A stretch of DNA of 64,000 bases from Aplysia californica. Taxonomy: Eukaryota. Position 1 is the first letter of the stretch; every line of letters starts with the position of its first letter. A program made the position numbers and the translations under genes. Shown here one piece after another: positions 51,889 through 64,000 of the stretch. The notes under the pieces are model-generated. The model did no database searches. It worked only from the letters and a program-made list of their open reading frames with translations, and was not told the DNA's origin. The DNA lies in the NCBI RefSeq assembly GCF_000002075.1, contig NW_004798054.1:18800-82799 (forward strand). The letters are read 5' to 3'.

Positions 51889-54800
51889 ACATGTTTTTCC
51901 TTAAATGGTTCTAGTAGTAGAGGTATTGTCATGACTGTCTGTGCATCCATCATGTGTGATGACTAGTAATTCTATTTCACTGTTGTATGTGAGTATGAGT
52001 AGTGAGAAAAGTCATACATGTATGAAGTTAATTGAGCTTTGACTACATCACAATCAGTGTCCATTTACAGTACAAGTTCACAAACTATGGAAGCAAATGG
52101 ATTGTTGTCACTCTTGCGTTGTGAACACAGGGTCATGAACATATAAATTAAATAAATTGATACCGGTATACTCTTACACTGTGTGCTTGTTTTTCGTTTG
52201 TTAAAAACTTTACAGTTACAGCCTATTAAAACCAACAGTTACAGTCAACTACGGACGAGTAGATGTCATCAGGGGAGTGAAAAATAGATCAAGTCATCCA
52301 AAATTTATCTTAACCTGTAGGAATTGTAAAGAAGAAGAGGTGCTGGGATTCAAAGAAAAAATTACTTGACCAAAGATCAACTCAAGAGAGTTCAACACAA
52401 ACAGAGTTGAGTGTATTAAGGGGAATTTTAGGCCATAAGCCATGGTGCTTCCCTTGCTTTTATTGAAAGGATCTGGCCTCACAAGGAAAAACCTTTTCCT
52501 CTCAGCAATGGCAGTAGTAGCCTCCAGCATTTTTTAATGGAGTGGCACGGTTTAGCAGTTTTACGGTCCATGCCCCCATGGAAACGATTTAGATCAATTA
52601 AGAGGCAGACTGTTTCAATCCTGTCTGTCAGGGCCAACCAAGGTTGAGAGGAATACATTGTACAGCATCCCATCCAGCAAGTAGATGGAGATAGACTTAT
52701 TCGATAAAAATACATCCTCACTATGGAATTGAAATTGTATCTCCTTCATGTGATGGTGAAGAGCCTAACTGCTTTACCACAGACACCGGTCTTTCTGGGA
52801 TTGACAAGCTTGCTGTATGTTGTCAAAAATGTCTCCCCTCCTCCCCCCAGTTCCACACTGGCACAAGGCTGTGTCCGGCAATTTTTGCCATAAGTATCGT
52901 ATGTAAACTATAAGTGAAGGAAGAGCAGGCAGGCTGAGGATGGCTGACTTGGAAAAAACTTAAAATAGATTCTTCAAAACTAAACATTTGCACAAAACAA
53001 GTAGTTAGCAGTAAGAGACAGATACCTCTGTTCTCACAACAAACTGCAGCTAAGGTATAGGCGAGAGCCTACATGTATTGTGAAGTCCTGTGAGCCTTCA
53101 AGGGGACACATGTCTTGACTTAAAATTTGCATACACAGTGTGTAGCTATGTGGAAAGGCACGGGGGCCTTCACTTTTGTTGAAAAAATGGTCAAGGAAAT
53201 ATCATCACCAGTATTTGTGGATAAAAGAACTTGCAGTCTGATACTTGGCAATAACTATTCCCTTGTTTTGTTATCATTTTAGACTAAACGACCATTGTGT
53301 TGATTCTGTTCTCCCACATTGCGTAAAGGTCAGGCTTACTGTATTCTTTGCTGAATTAAAAGTCGAAAGCAAAAAATAAAATATCCTTTGGTAGATTGTA
53401 TGTATACCAGACTATACAGATTACACTTGCCCACGAAATAATTTCCCTTGTTATAAAGCCTTCATATCTAAGCTGTAATAGACATGTCTGACTCAAAGAC
53501 AAAGAAGTGTACACGATAACAAAGTTTGACTGTGCAAGTTGAACAAGGTTATCAACTTAAAGGATAACTACATGAAGTTAACATGATCCCAGCATTTACA
53601 TTAATCTACAAAAACCATACATGAAGCCACTCTCAGTCCCAAGCTCACATACGGAATTTGAATTGCCAAACATATGAAACTGTATTTTCAGAAATTGATT
53701 TTTTTTAAAATGATGAACATGACACAAAAGAAAGAATAATTCATTACCATTCTCCTCTTGAAAAAAATGATCACTCAAAGTTCTCTTTCCCAAACTTCCC
53801 TGGTCAGGACAATATCCAAGTTCATGATACATAACTTTTTGGCCTGACCTAGTAGCCCTCAGGGTGGAAATATAACTTCAGTGTCTTTTCAAAAAGTCTC
53901 ATCCAACCCATTTATTCACATATCCTGTGAACCCCAAAAGCATGACAATGGTCACCCTAGGTTTAGGAACCACTAACTGCAAGTCACATCAGTTCTTTGA
54001 ACACATGGGGAAAAACAATCCCGCAAAGCAGGCCTACAGTCAAGCATGAACAACTCAAACACGCAGAGGATTGAGAAATATGTTCAAAACATCCGTAATT
54101 CGAGTTCACCTATAATAAAAAATTATACAGAGAGATACAGTCAACGAATAGCAAATTGTACAAGTGATTCGTGATTTTGAGTTTACAAGTGATTCGTGAT
54201 TTTGAGTTTTCAGTGTTTGTGATATCTGTGCACGACTGAAGGCTACTGTGTCTTAAAGTCATCAGGGTAAAGTATTGTAATCACATGCAATGAAAAACAA
54301 CACTTGGATGCAGTTTCAGTTTAATATCTTTAATTTGATAATAAAAGTGACACATAAGACAGATGGTAATAAAAAGAGAAAATGCGAAAGATTCTAGAAC
54401 ATCAACTCATTTCAAGAAAAATGTTGACAAGAAACATGTACTTGGGTAAAAATTAACATTGACAAATACAAACATACACTTGACTCAGTGTCAAGAAGTC
54501 TGAATAATTACAGATAGAAGATAAAGCATAAAAGTAATCTGTATGTTCAACCATAGTACCAATCAATGTAGCTAAAAAGTTGTAGCACAATGCATACTCT
54601 TTTCCCCTTTCTCAATCAATATGATGAAATATAAAAAAAAGAAAACGAGAAATTAAAGTGGGGTTGGGCAATTTAAGTTCACATAGTAAAACTTTTACTA
54701 TGGCACAGTCGTTTAAACATACTTCACTTGAGCAAAGTTCACTTCATTCATAATGTATATTTGCCCTAAACTACATGTAGGCCCTATATGGACATTAATT

Positions 54801-55012
54801 GTGCACAAATCAACCTCCCATCCCTATGCCGGTCTAAAACAAAAGATAAACCTAATTGTGCTGAAGTCTCTGTTCAGTGCATCGAAATATAAAAGTACTT
54901 ACACCTAAAATTATCATTAAATATGATAAAACACTTCAGAGAACGTCAACAGACCCATGAAAAAAGTTACTTAAACTTGACAAAACTCATCTTGCAAAAA
55001 ATGTTTGCCTCT

Positions 55013-58000
55013 TTACAAGATCATGCCACCGCCAGACCACTCCATTCTCTGAAATAAATAAGTCAAAATATTGGATTAACAAACTAACAAAAATAGGGTA
55101 AATCCAGCGTACTTAAGCAGTGTAGTGTTTGCAACCTTATATCACTGTTAGTATTATTTAGAGGGCTCACAGAGAAAGCTGTCATGTGCCGGCATTTTGC
55201 CTACGCGAGCTGCCCGGGTTGTGCTGAAAGGACCCATATTTGAAAAACTGCAAAATGCACACCCGAGCCTACTTTTTTAAAAAAGATTTGTAACTTAAAA
55301 GCATGAAAGGCTGAAGTTAACTAGTGGAGACAAAAGTTAGATGCATTTTATGCACAGTATGGTGGAATCAGGCGCTCGTCAACAAAATAACTTAATACGA
55401 GAAACATATTTTTCAGCCAGTTTGGAAATTTTTACAGAAGTTTAATTTTTTGGCTAAACATCTTTTATGTCTATATGTAAAAATATATTTCCATTTGAAT
55501 TTTACTGAAAACATCGATTAAAGGCACAAAATTTGTCATTTTTCAGTTTTCAAAGACATTTTAGGTATTGGAGTTACCTAACTCTGGCAGCCATTTTCTA
55601 GTTAATTTCACCACTGAAACAAGATGACCTTACTTCTTTCAACAGTAAATATCTTGAGCTCTATTCAAGACAAGTGGATATCTATTTCATTGGAACCAAG
55701 GTAAATAAATCAGCTATCAGAAGATACCATTAACTTCACATGGCCAACAACAGACAGCGCACCTGATTCCACTGCATCGTGACACATGTCATGTTTGCCA
55801 CTTTGTTTACAAAGATGCTTCAAAATTGGCACTAGTTCACGTACATGATTTTTACATTTTCTTGATGGCACAGAATTTTTACTTATCATTCAATTTTGAT
55901 AAATTTCGGTAACAAAATGTTTCGAACATAAAAATCTACAGGCTGGAACAATTTATTTCAAGTTGCATTTCAAAAACTATTTTGGTTTTGAGTACATGAT
56001 ATTCTTGGCAGGTAAGGCAGGTACGACTTTTACTAGTTTCAGCACTACACAGCAACAAAAAAGAAAAGTGCTTAACTCTGCCGTATTAATAAAATTACAA
56101 CAAGATGAGGTCTCTGATCTAAAGAATAAATCCTCTATTACCCTGATCCTGCCTAAAACACCCTTTCACTCTATCCCTTGAACCTGACTTTGGCAAGAAG
56201 ACATACAATGTATCGCTCTGACTGGCAAATACTCAGCACAGATAATTCACAAAAAGTTTTATTTTATCACAAAAAACACTGACCTGTTGTGGCTGGACAA
56301 ATGCAAGCCAGTCTGAAGCATGTGTGGGCAGGAGTCCCATGGTCTGACACTTGTACACTGCCATGGCCAAGCACAGCATGTTGCCTATGCAGTACACCAA
56401 CTTCTGGAACGGGGCCTGGTCTCCTTCAATACTTTTGAATGCTGAAGTGGTGAAGAATGAATGGGAAAGAACAATATAAGATTGACTGCAATTAAAGGTA
56501 TGAAAGCTTTGTAGCCATGTTTTCAAACATTATCTTGTGGATACTGGGCTTTTCAGCTTTTACAATAGTACTAGGCAATGGTACAATAGTCAGTAGAAGA
56601 TACTGGATGTTTAAGAGGCTTTAGATCTAGATCTAGTTGAGCCAGATGGAAAGGACAAAGATAGAGCTAATACTGATGTGTGGACCATCCTTGCCCAACC
56701 AGAAAGTAGGGACAGGCCTAATAATAAAAACATTGACTGCTATTAACTTGAAAGAATACTTAAAAGCTTTAATCTACTCTTTGGAGTTTGCGTGATATTT
56801 TAATAGTATGTAGTTCCTTAGTGGACAATTTTAAAAAAATGTTAAATACGATACATAGTTAACCCCTTCTCTTATGGGGAGGGGAGAAATTTTCAGAACA
56901 AGGCCTTACGCTGAATTGAGTTAACAAAATAAAAATATTTAAGCAGAGTGCTTGCAAAATTCTGCAACGAAACCAAGTAGCCTACCATATCTGAGCCTAG
57001 AACAGTGCTTTTCAACCTTTAATGTCAACCCTGGAAGTGCGCATTTTCTTATTGAAAACCCCCCACCTAAATGCACCTCCCCAACACGGCCAACCATTTA
57101 CAAACATGGGGGTTCCGCGGGGGGTATCAGCTAAGAATAAGATTTATGCCTGTTACTAAAAATATCCATTTACGCCTGAACAGATGATAAAGCCATATCT
57201 TCCCTCAAAGCTGATAGAATGAGTAATTAAAAATGATAAGTGATCAAATAATTACAAAGTGTAACAGGCGACAAAGTGCAAAAGGCGACGAAGTCAACAA
57301 TTAGCAAAATAGCACAGTGGAACAAGTGATAACACATAGCGTTTAGTTGTTCAACTGGACTGCGTCACTTTATCGATTGATATCTGGGCCCACAGTATTC
57401 ATAACTTTGACCTGCAATTTACTTCGTCATTTTTACAACATAAAGAACACTGAAAATTTCCATTACAGAAGGTCTTGGTCCAGGTTCAATTAGGTCATAC
57501 CTATAAAAGGGCCGTTGTGCTAGACCTGCATGTGAGCCTCAACCAGATTGTCTGAAAATTTTGCGCAACCCTCCCCCCATAAGAGCTTTTGTGTGTGTCA
57601 TAAGGAAGGACTTCCGAGTAACGAGCGACCACCCCAACAAACACAATAAAGAAGAGATGCTTGAGATTTGGGGCAAAAATCGGGATATCCCGACTAAATC
57701 GAGATGAGTGGCAGGTCTGCTTAACCCCACCCCTAGGCCTACCCCCAAAAAGAACCTGCAACGGGCCTCATATAATTCGCATCCGATTCCGGGACTAAGC
57801 TGAGTCTAGATCTAGATTCTGCACCTGATGAAATGCTTTTTACCAACATTAATATTACAGCACAACCTATGATAGGGTTTGACACAATAGAATTGGAATA
57901 TGAATCCTCCATTGAGTTCTATAATGATCTATAAATCTAGATCTAGATTCTATTAGAACAAGTGAGTCGGACTTGAATGAATCCACACGATCTGAACAAT

Positions 58001-59781
58001 TGCATTAATAATTAGTCAACAAACGAAATTCAAAATGGCCGCTTGAGCACGAAACTGAAAGTAGATAATTTAAGTTGTCGTCCTTTTTCGTATTCGCATT
58101 TCTACTCAGGTTCCGACAATTATGTCGGAAACGCCGAAGTCGGCAGTCAGCACGAAAATGAAAATGCCGACAAAGCCATGGGGGAAAAAGGGGGCGGTGG
58201 CAGTCGGCCAGGCTTCGCACTACGCACATTGACTGATACAGGTGGGCCTAGCGATAGCATCGGCCGGCTCGGGGGTCAGGTCGCGATTGTCGGCAAACAT
58301 ACAGGTCTAGTTGCGCTTCCCAGGATGCTAACTCACACCCTATTTAATACCTATATACAGGGCCGTTACGTTTTCAGGGTAAAGTAGTTCAAAGTTGTCT
58401 CTTAACTTTTCGTCACTAAAAAAATAAAAAAGAGAGATAGCAGTATCCATAACAAGCATTTGAGGTGCTGTACTTTCTTGGGTGATAAGATGGTAATTAG
58501 AATGAAATTGCCTTCCAAGTCAGCTACTATGAAGTCCTTGGTGTCCTCAAAAAGAAAATGATTCAAAACAAATCACTTACTATTTTGAATTGAGAGCATG
58601 GCCTGGATGGGTCTGAAGAACATCATACCCACCATCATGATGGGAAAGATAGATATAGAGCTTCCAGCCATCCACATGATGAACATATTCATTGGCACTT
58701 GTTTGATAGGGCCCAACGCAATGTCCCATGATCTCTGTTGACAAACATGTATTCACATTTAATCAAATGGGAATCCCATTTAAAATATTTTCGTTTTAGT
58801 GAGTATTTACAGCACTTGCAACACAATAGGGTCATACAAGCAGAATAGAGGTGTTACAAGAGAGTAACAACCCCCCCCCCAAACAAATAAACGAGGAAAA
58901 ATTATTAGGAAGATAGATGTTTGACAGGAAAGAAGGAGCAAACCATACCAGAGCAAATGCCAGCCGTCCATAGAATCTTGTCTTATTGGAGGAACAAAAA
59001 CAATAAAAGTAGAAATTATTAGTAAAGCCAGGTCAAACTGGGTAATATTACATTTTTTTGTCCCAATATTAATAATATTTTCACAGTTCAAATTTATGTG
59101 AGAGAGAATCAGGCCACAAATTTAATTTCACCATAACCAACACTAGCTGTTTGTTGATGGAGGAGAAAAAAATATGCACCTAAAGGAAGTGATCCTGTCA
59201 ATGTTTTAATATTACTACGAATCCAAAATATTGTAAAAAGAATTTCAGCTATATTCTTACACATCAAGCAAATTGGCAGAGATGTTAATCACAGTGTACA
59301 AGAACCCATGACCCCCAAAACTGTAGTTAGCAGACAGCAGGCACAAAGCTTGACTCAAATGATTTAATTCTGTTCATTAGTGATGCAGTGAAAATACTGT
59401 CGATTTTCGTGGTGAGGGAATTTTCGCATATTTTCGCAGTCTTTGTCCATGACTGCGAAAATAAAATTGTTTTATAGTCACGAAGAATCTAAAATCTACC
59501 AATAAAGGAAAAACGAGAGAGTACAAACAAAAGATTAGTACAGGAAATGGCCCCCCTACTGAATCTCAAGTCTCTAGAAGAACACAATAAGTTATATAAT
59601 AATAATAAAAACACTCATTGCAGATGGACAAAGGCATTTCTTGCTTTACCATGTTCTTACTTTTATTATCAAAGTTGGGTCTGCTTCTCTGACTCTTTCA
59701 GCTGCTGTAGATGCATCCACAAATCCCACGGGGTTTGGAAGGCTTTCAGATGACGCAACAACAGCACGATCACTCCGCCCC
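55013..59781 (-). CDS. EMC4: ER membrane protein complex subunit 4 (TMEM85); four coding exons, first exon not found in window
   Basis: Minus-strand exons 59781-59661 ([28 protein letters not shown]), 58734-58581 ([47 protein letters not shown]), 56441-56284 ([42 protein letters not shown]) and 55048-55013 ([11 protein letters not shown]). GT-AG junctions, phases consistent, diagnostic EMC4 motifs. Confidence 0.96.
55350..55786. mobile_element. Diverged MITE of the AATCAGGCGCTCGTC family in the last EMC4 intron
   Basis: GTGGAATCAGGCGCTCG ... GCGCACCTGATTCCAC inverted ends. Confidence 0.55.
58793..58965 (-). mobile_element. Diverged reverse copy of the same retroposon 3' UTR family
   Basis: Reverse complement matches 16347-16530 (TGCTCTGGTATGGTTTGCTCCTTCTTTCCTGTCA..TTACTCTCTTGTAACACCTCT..ACTAAAACGAAAA). 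Confidence 0.7.
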
Positions 59782-60235
59782 CTGCAAACAATTGAGAAGC
59801 AATTTAATGGAAAATTGTGCATAATTTATACGCTACTTGCTTAAAATTAAAACAGATTCTAGATGCTGTAGCTGCCATGAGACAGGAAGAGAATAAAAAT
59901 GCTCTCCCCCGATCATTAGCCATCCTAAAAATCTTAAAAGAACGACTTTTAAGATATATTGCCTCCACCTATCAAACATCATAATAATACAAAACCTTAT
60001 AGACAGCAATAAAAACGTTTTTTGCCATGGAGGTGTGCGTTCACCGTTATAGCCTAGATCTAGATCTAGGCCAACCAATTTTGTGTTCACCCTAAACCAC
60101 AGAATTCTACACTGTGATAACAGAAAAATTGTAGAATTTTGTGCCGTGAACAAACGTTCCATTACTACTGTTAGCCTACTAAGAGCAAACAATTTTGTCT
60201 GTGGGCAGTGGAGAGAAGAGAAAGGGAGAGAGAGG

Positions 60236-60751
60236 AGTAGCGCGAGAACTTCCGGGCAAAACAAAATGGCGACCCGCGTAGTTCGGCTCGATTCGAAAAG
60301 TTAAATAGCAGTAGCATCTTTGTAGACGACCAAATTAATTTACTTTTGTGTTTTAACATCATTTTTTAACTTTGGTTTGGTCAATTTGATCGTCCACACC
60401 GATAGACAATATTCCGAAAGAGACAGAGAGAGAGAAGAGGGGAGGAGTAGATCTTGCGAGAACTTCCGGACAAAACAAAACGGCGACCCCCGTAGTTCGG
60501 CTTGATTCAAAAAGTGAAATAGCCATGTAGCATCTTTGAAGTCGATAAAATTAGCTTACTTTTGTGCTATAACGTAATCTTTTCTTTGCCTTTATCCATT
60601 TGATCATCCACATCGATAGAAAGTATTCCGAAATTAGGAAAAACAGGTCTTGTTTCACACTGGGTGAGAATAGCCTACGGTGGCAAGTCCCACCCGGGGT
60701 GAGAAGTCGATCATATTTGTATTCTCACCCTGGGTGAGAATAGTCACTTCC
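60236..60751. mobile_element. Second copy of the 5240-5775 element
   Basis: Highly similar and colinear over ~510 bp, including the right end TGAGAATAGTCACTTCC. Confidence 0.8.
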
Positions 60752-60839
60752 CAATTGAAACAGTTTTTAGTTTTATTGACAGGCCCGACTAACTGCGCGT
60801 TCATATCAAACTCCAAACACTTGGACGAGTGACAGTTGT

Positions 60840-60915
60840 TCTAGAAATCTAGATCTAGATCTAGATCTAGATCTAGATAGAGTCTAGATATAATCTAATT
60901 TCTAGACTAGATATA
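60840..60915. repeat. (TCTAGA)n palindromic hexamer repeat
   Basis: Longest of several arrays; others at ~4301-4322, 4410-4428, 56622-56636, 57805, 57936, 60055 and 61600-61620. Confidence 0.85.
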
Positions 60916-61399
60916 TAGCCTATGTACGGCATACCGTCACGTACGTCATACTGTCAGTTGGCACGCATTTGGCCTAAAATTGGACAACCAGACAATTATG
61001 CGATAATCTGGAATGCTGTCTGCTAAACAATTCCGTTCAACATTGTTTTGTTTTCAAGTTCAACAATTTTGAGCAGAATCAGACACCTGTGTGAGCAGAA
61101 ATAATCCATTTCATCTCCAAATGTAAGAACCGCGTTCAGCCATTACGGCTTGCAGATGTGCAATACATCTTGAGAAATAAGCTATTGGTTCTACAATCGT
61201 ACCCGCAGGATTCGTTTCGCATTTTTATTCAGTATATAAGGTGTCTAGTTACCACCACAAACCATTCGCTGCTCTTTGTTGTAACAATTGGCGCCCATAG
61301 GGGGGGTGACGATATGGGGTACAATTTTTTGATGGATGTACCCCATACAGTCACCGTATTTTTTACATGCAGCGTGACTTGAAAAATAGTTATTTCTTG

Positions 61400-61533
61400 G
61401 GGAGTGCTTATTTAGGCCACATATGGCCTAAATAAGGTAAGGGAGGGGGGGTTTAGCTTATTTAGGCCACAGGTGGCCTAAATAAGGTAAGGGAGGGGGG
61501 GTTTAGCTTATTTAAGCCTAAATAAGGTCACCC
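61400..61533. mobile_element. 134-bp Mutator-like MITE built from palindromic tandem units
   Basis: Perfect 9-bp TSD TATTTCTTG (61391-61399, 61534-61542); GGG..CTTATTT termini; ~49-bp unit with the CTTATTTAGGCCAC..TGGCCTAAATAAG hairpin. Confidence 0.75.
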
Positions 61534-61645
61534 TATTTCTTGACGGACTATGGATGGCATCTTAGTACTTTAGATTTTTTAGTTTCTATGATTTTATATA
61601 GATCTAGATCTAGATAGATCTATTTAGACACGGATTCATTAGAAA

Positions 61646-62563
61646 ATGAGCGACTTTAGATTTTTCTTTTTTAATGTTTGAAACAAATTTATATGAAGGA
61701 AACTCTATCCCGTTGAATGTAATGATGATGTTCCTCTGTCCAATGTATACACATGTTGTGATGATGTTCTTCCAGCCACTGTTTCCACATGTTGTGATAT
61801 TGTTCCTGCTCCTACTGCTTCAGTTTCAGAAGAAAAACTTGCTGGCCCTCCCCCAACTGCCCTTGTCTCTAGTTGTGAGTGGTCAGTTGATGCCTTAGAC
61901 TTTTCGACCACAGGTCTGGAATTCTCGGGGATCGAATGTACCTCCGAGGACTTCCTGGATCCTGCAGCAGAGTTTCAGCTACCTTTGGTTTCAACACCAG
62001 CTTGGGATCCTGTGATTAACCAGGACTATGTCTATTGTCTACCTGAGCAGGCATTGAGACCATTGGAAGATGAAACTCTGGTGACACCCCAAGCCCCCCA
62101 AAAACTGCCTCAGGACAACACTTTTGCTTTGTCCTTGACAGTCTAATTGATCACGCCATTGCCACTGGATGGATGGCATCAGACATGCATTGGGTCCGCC
62201 GTTGCCATTGGCACAAAATCGAACCTAAGGAGAACGAGGGGGCATACAGAAAATACCTTGATTTGTAAAATCAACTCATTCCTTCCCCCTCGTTCGTCAA
62301 CCTGCCCATACCAGCAAGCTGGAACTATCTAAGGTTTCAACACAGAGAAGCGGGCTAAGGCCCCTACATACATGTCTTACGGGCAAAGTACAAAGCATGG
62401 GAGGAGGCGAAGAAATTGGAAGAAGAAAAGAAAAAGGAAGAAGTGGAAAAGAGGAAGAGAAAAGGGGGGAGAAGGAAGAAGAGAAAAGAGGAGAAAAGTT
62501 AAGGAAGTTGGAGAAGCAGAGAGCAGGGAAGAAGAAGAAGAAACAACAGGGAAATTCATGTAG
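61646..62563 (+). pseudogene. Decayed ORF of unknown protein, probably transposon or viral cargo
   Basis: Stop-free frame of 149 codons from 61697 to TAA at 62144-62146. It continues after a shift at the C/A run near 62100, with two in-frame stops, into a K/E-rich tail. Confidence 0.45.
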
Positions 62564-62668
62564 GCCTATGTATGCGAGTAAGATGTTCATGTGAGTTTGT
62601 TGTGATAGGCCTACATGTGGAAGAGTAAAATGAAGCATTCAAGTACTTGTGTGTGAGTAAAAGATGTT

Positions 62669-64000
62669 AATAATAATAATAATAATAAATGATATTTATA
62701 TAGCGCTCAACCCCTAATAAAGTACACAGGCTCTGAGCGCTTTACAATACAGTACAACATACAACAGTAACATGAAACGTTGTGTTCTGACTAAAGAAAA
62801 TTATTCCAAATATTCATCTTATTAATTTAAAAACAGAAACGACGTCAGCTGACATTTGAATGAATCAAAAGATTTGATTTCTCTCAACGTACTTGGTAAA
62901 GCATTCCAGATCTTGGGGCCTTGGTATTCAAATGCCTTTTCACCCATTGTTTTAAGTTTCACAGAAGGTAAAATAAATTTCTTTTTGTCAGCTGAAAATG
63001 ACCTTAAACTGTGAGTTGGAATGTACAGTCTTAACAGATTTGATAAATATGATGGTGCATTATCATTCAAACATTTGTGACATATGGTGGCCAACTTGTA
63101 CACAATCCTTTTCTCAACAGGAAGCCAATGCAATGTTCGTAAAAGAGGTTTAGCAGAGTCTCGCTTTCTTTTCCATAAAACTAAACGTGCTGCATTGTTT
63201 TGGACAGTTTGAAGTCTTTTAACTTTCTCCAGTGATATCTGATAACAAGGAGTTACAATTTATATACCGAGTTTAGATAAAATTAAGCTAGTTACTAGTA
63301 AAGCAGTATACTTGGTATTGATCAGATGACGTATTTTACTAATTTTTCTTATTTCTAAATACATGCAGCTGATCAGATGATTTACCTCAGCCGACATTGA
63401 CAAACTAGAATCAAAATAGATGCCAAGATTCTTAACTTTTCTTGAAAATAAAATTTTTGCATTACCAATTTTAATGTGATCATGGTCAACCTCTTTAACA
63501 GACTTTGCATTGCCTGCCAGAATGACTTCTGTTTTATTATCATTTAACATCAATTTATTTTTGTTCATCCAGTTATTCACTAAGGCAATACAATTTTCAG
63601 CACGATGGACAAGTTCATCTAAGTTGGTAAACAATGTTGAACCATAACTTTGGGTATCATCAGCATAGAAATGGTATTTTAAGTCATATTTAACTATTTC
63701 CTTCACAAGTGGTTGAGTATAAATGGTGAACAAAACTGGACCGAGGACTGAGCCCTGGGGGACCCCATACTTAAGAGCATGATCTGATGACTTAAGCCCT
63801 TTAATAAAAACAGATTGGTAACGATTTGACAGGTAAGAAGAAAACCAGCTAAGGGCAGTCCCGGATTATCCAAAAGACACTTCCAATCGCTTCAATAAAA
63901 TGTGATGGTCAATTGTATCAAAAGCTGCTGATAGATCTAAAAGGCTCAGCAAAACAACTTTTCCTGAATCACAATCAGTAAGCATGTCGATTCATGACTT
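62669..64000 (-). mobile_element. L2 (CR1/L2) LINE, 3' part of ORF2 with reverse transcriptase; degenerate, runs off window
   Basis: Minus-strand RT motifs [62 protein letters not shown]2-type 3' end GCGCTATATAAAT followed by a (TTA)n tail. Frame broken near 63240-63260. Confidence 0.93.

Noticed and set aside
52290-53300. GC-richer intergenic stretch with short ORFs between the two 3' ends
   Set aside because: No recognisable motif, splice chain or terminal repeats; probably an old repeat or UTR.
55353-55781. CACAGT-starting end suggesting a Transib/RSS-like element
   Set aside because: No 5-bp TSD; it aligns instead with the TGTG-ended MITE family at 23539 and 6379.
61085-61143. ATG GCT GAA CGC.. 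on the - strand as a possible EMC4 exon 1
   Set aside because: In-frame TGA after 10 codons and no suitable phase-2 donor; exon 1 is probably beyond 64000.

Overview
AT-rich, intron-rich animal DNA, not a prokaryote. Abundant (TCTAGA)n and TAGGCCTA motifs and the repeat types suggest a gastropod mollusc, which is my inference. Two genes converge. (1) A complete + strand RPGRIP1L/fantom (MKS5/NPHP8) ciliary transition-zone gene, which I assembled by hand into 37 phase-consistent GT-AG coding exons (9616-50439, about 1373 aa). (2) A - strand EMC4 (TMEM85) gene with four coding exons (59781-55013); its first exon was not found and probably lies beyond the right edge. The rest is introns and intergenic DNA full of L2 LINEs, I-group LINE 3' ends, tRNA-derived SINEs and non-autonomous DNA transposons with readable TIRs and TSDs, plus microsatellites and three N gaps. 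Nearly all ORFs in the supplied track are spurious or exon fragments. I see no clear new biological system. The most notable signals are: a retroposon whose target-site duplication copied an RPGRIP1L splice acceptor; a four-level nested transposon stack; a hAT MITE with three tandem left ends; a mobile cassette carrying ETS+YY1 motif pairs; a decayed ~280-codon unrecognised ORF inside the presumed EMC4 intron 1; a cluster of small exons in the RPGRIP1L linker; and a possible divergent - strand gene upstream of RPGRIP1L.
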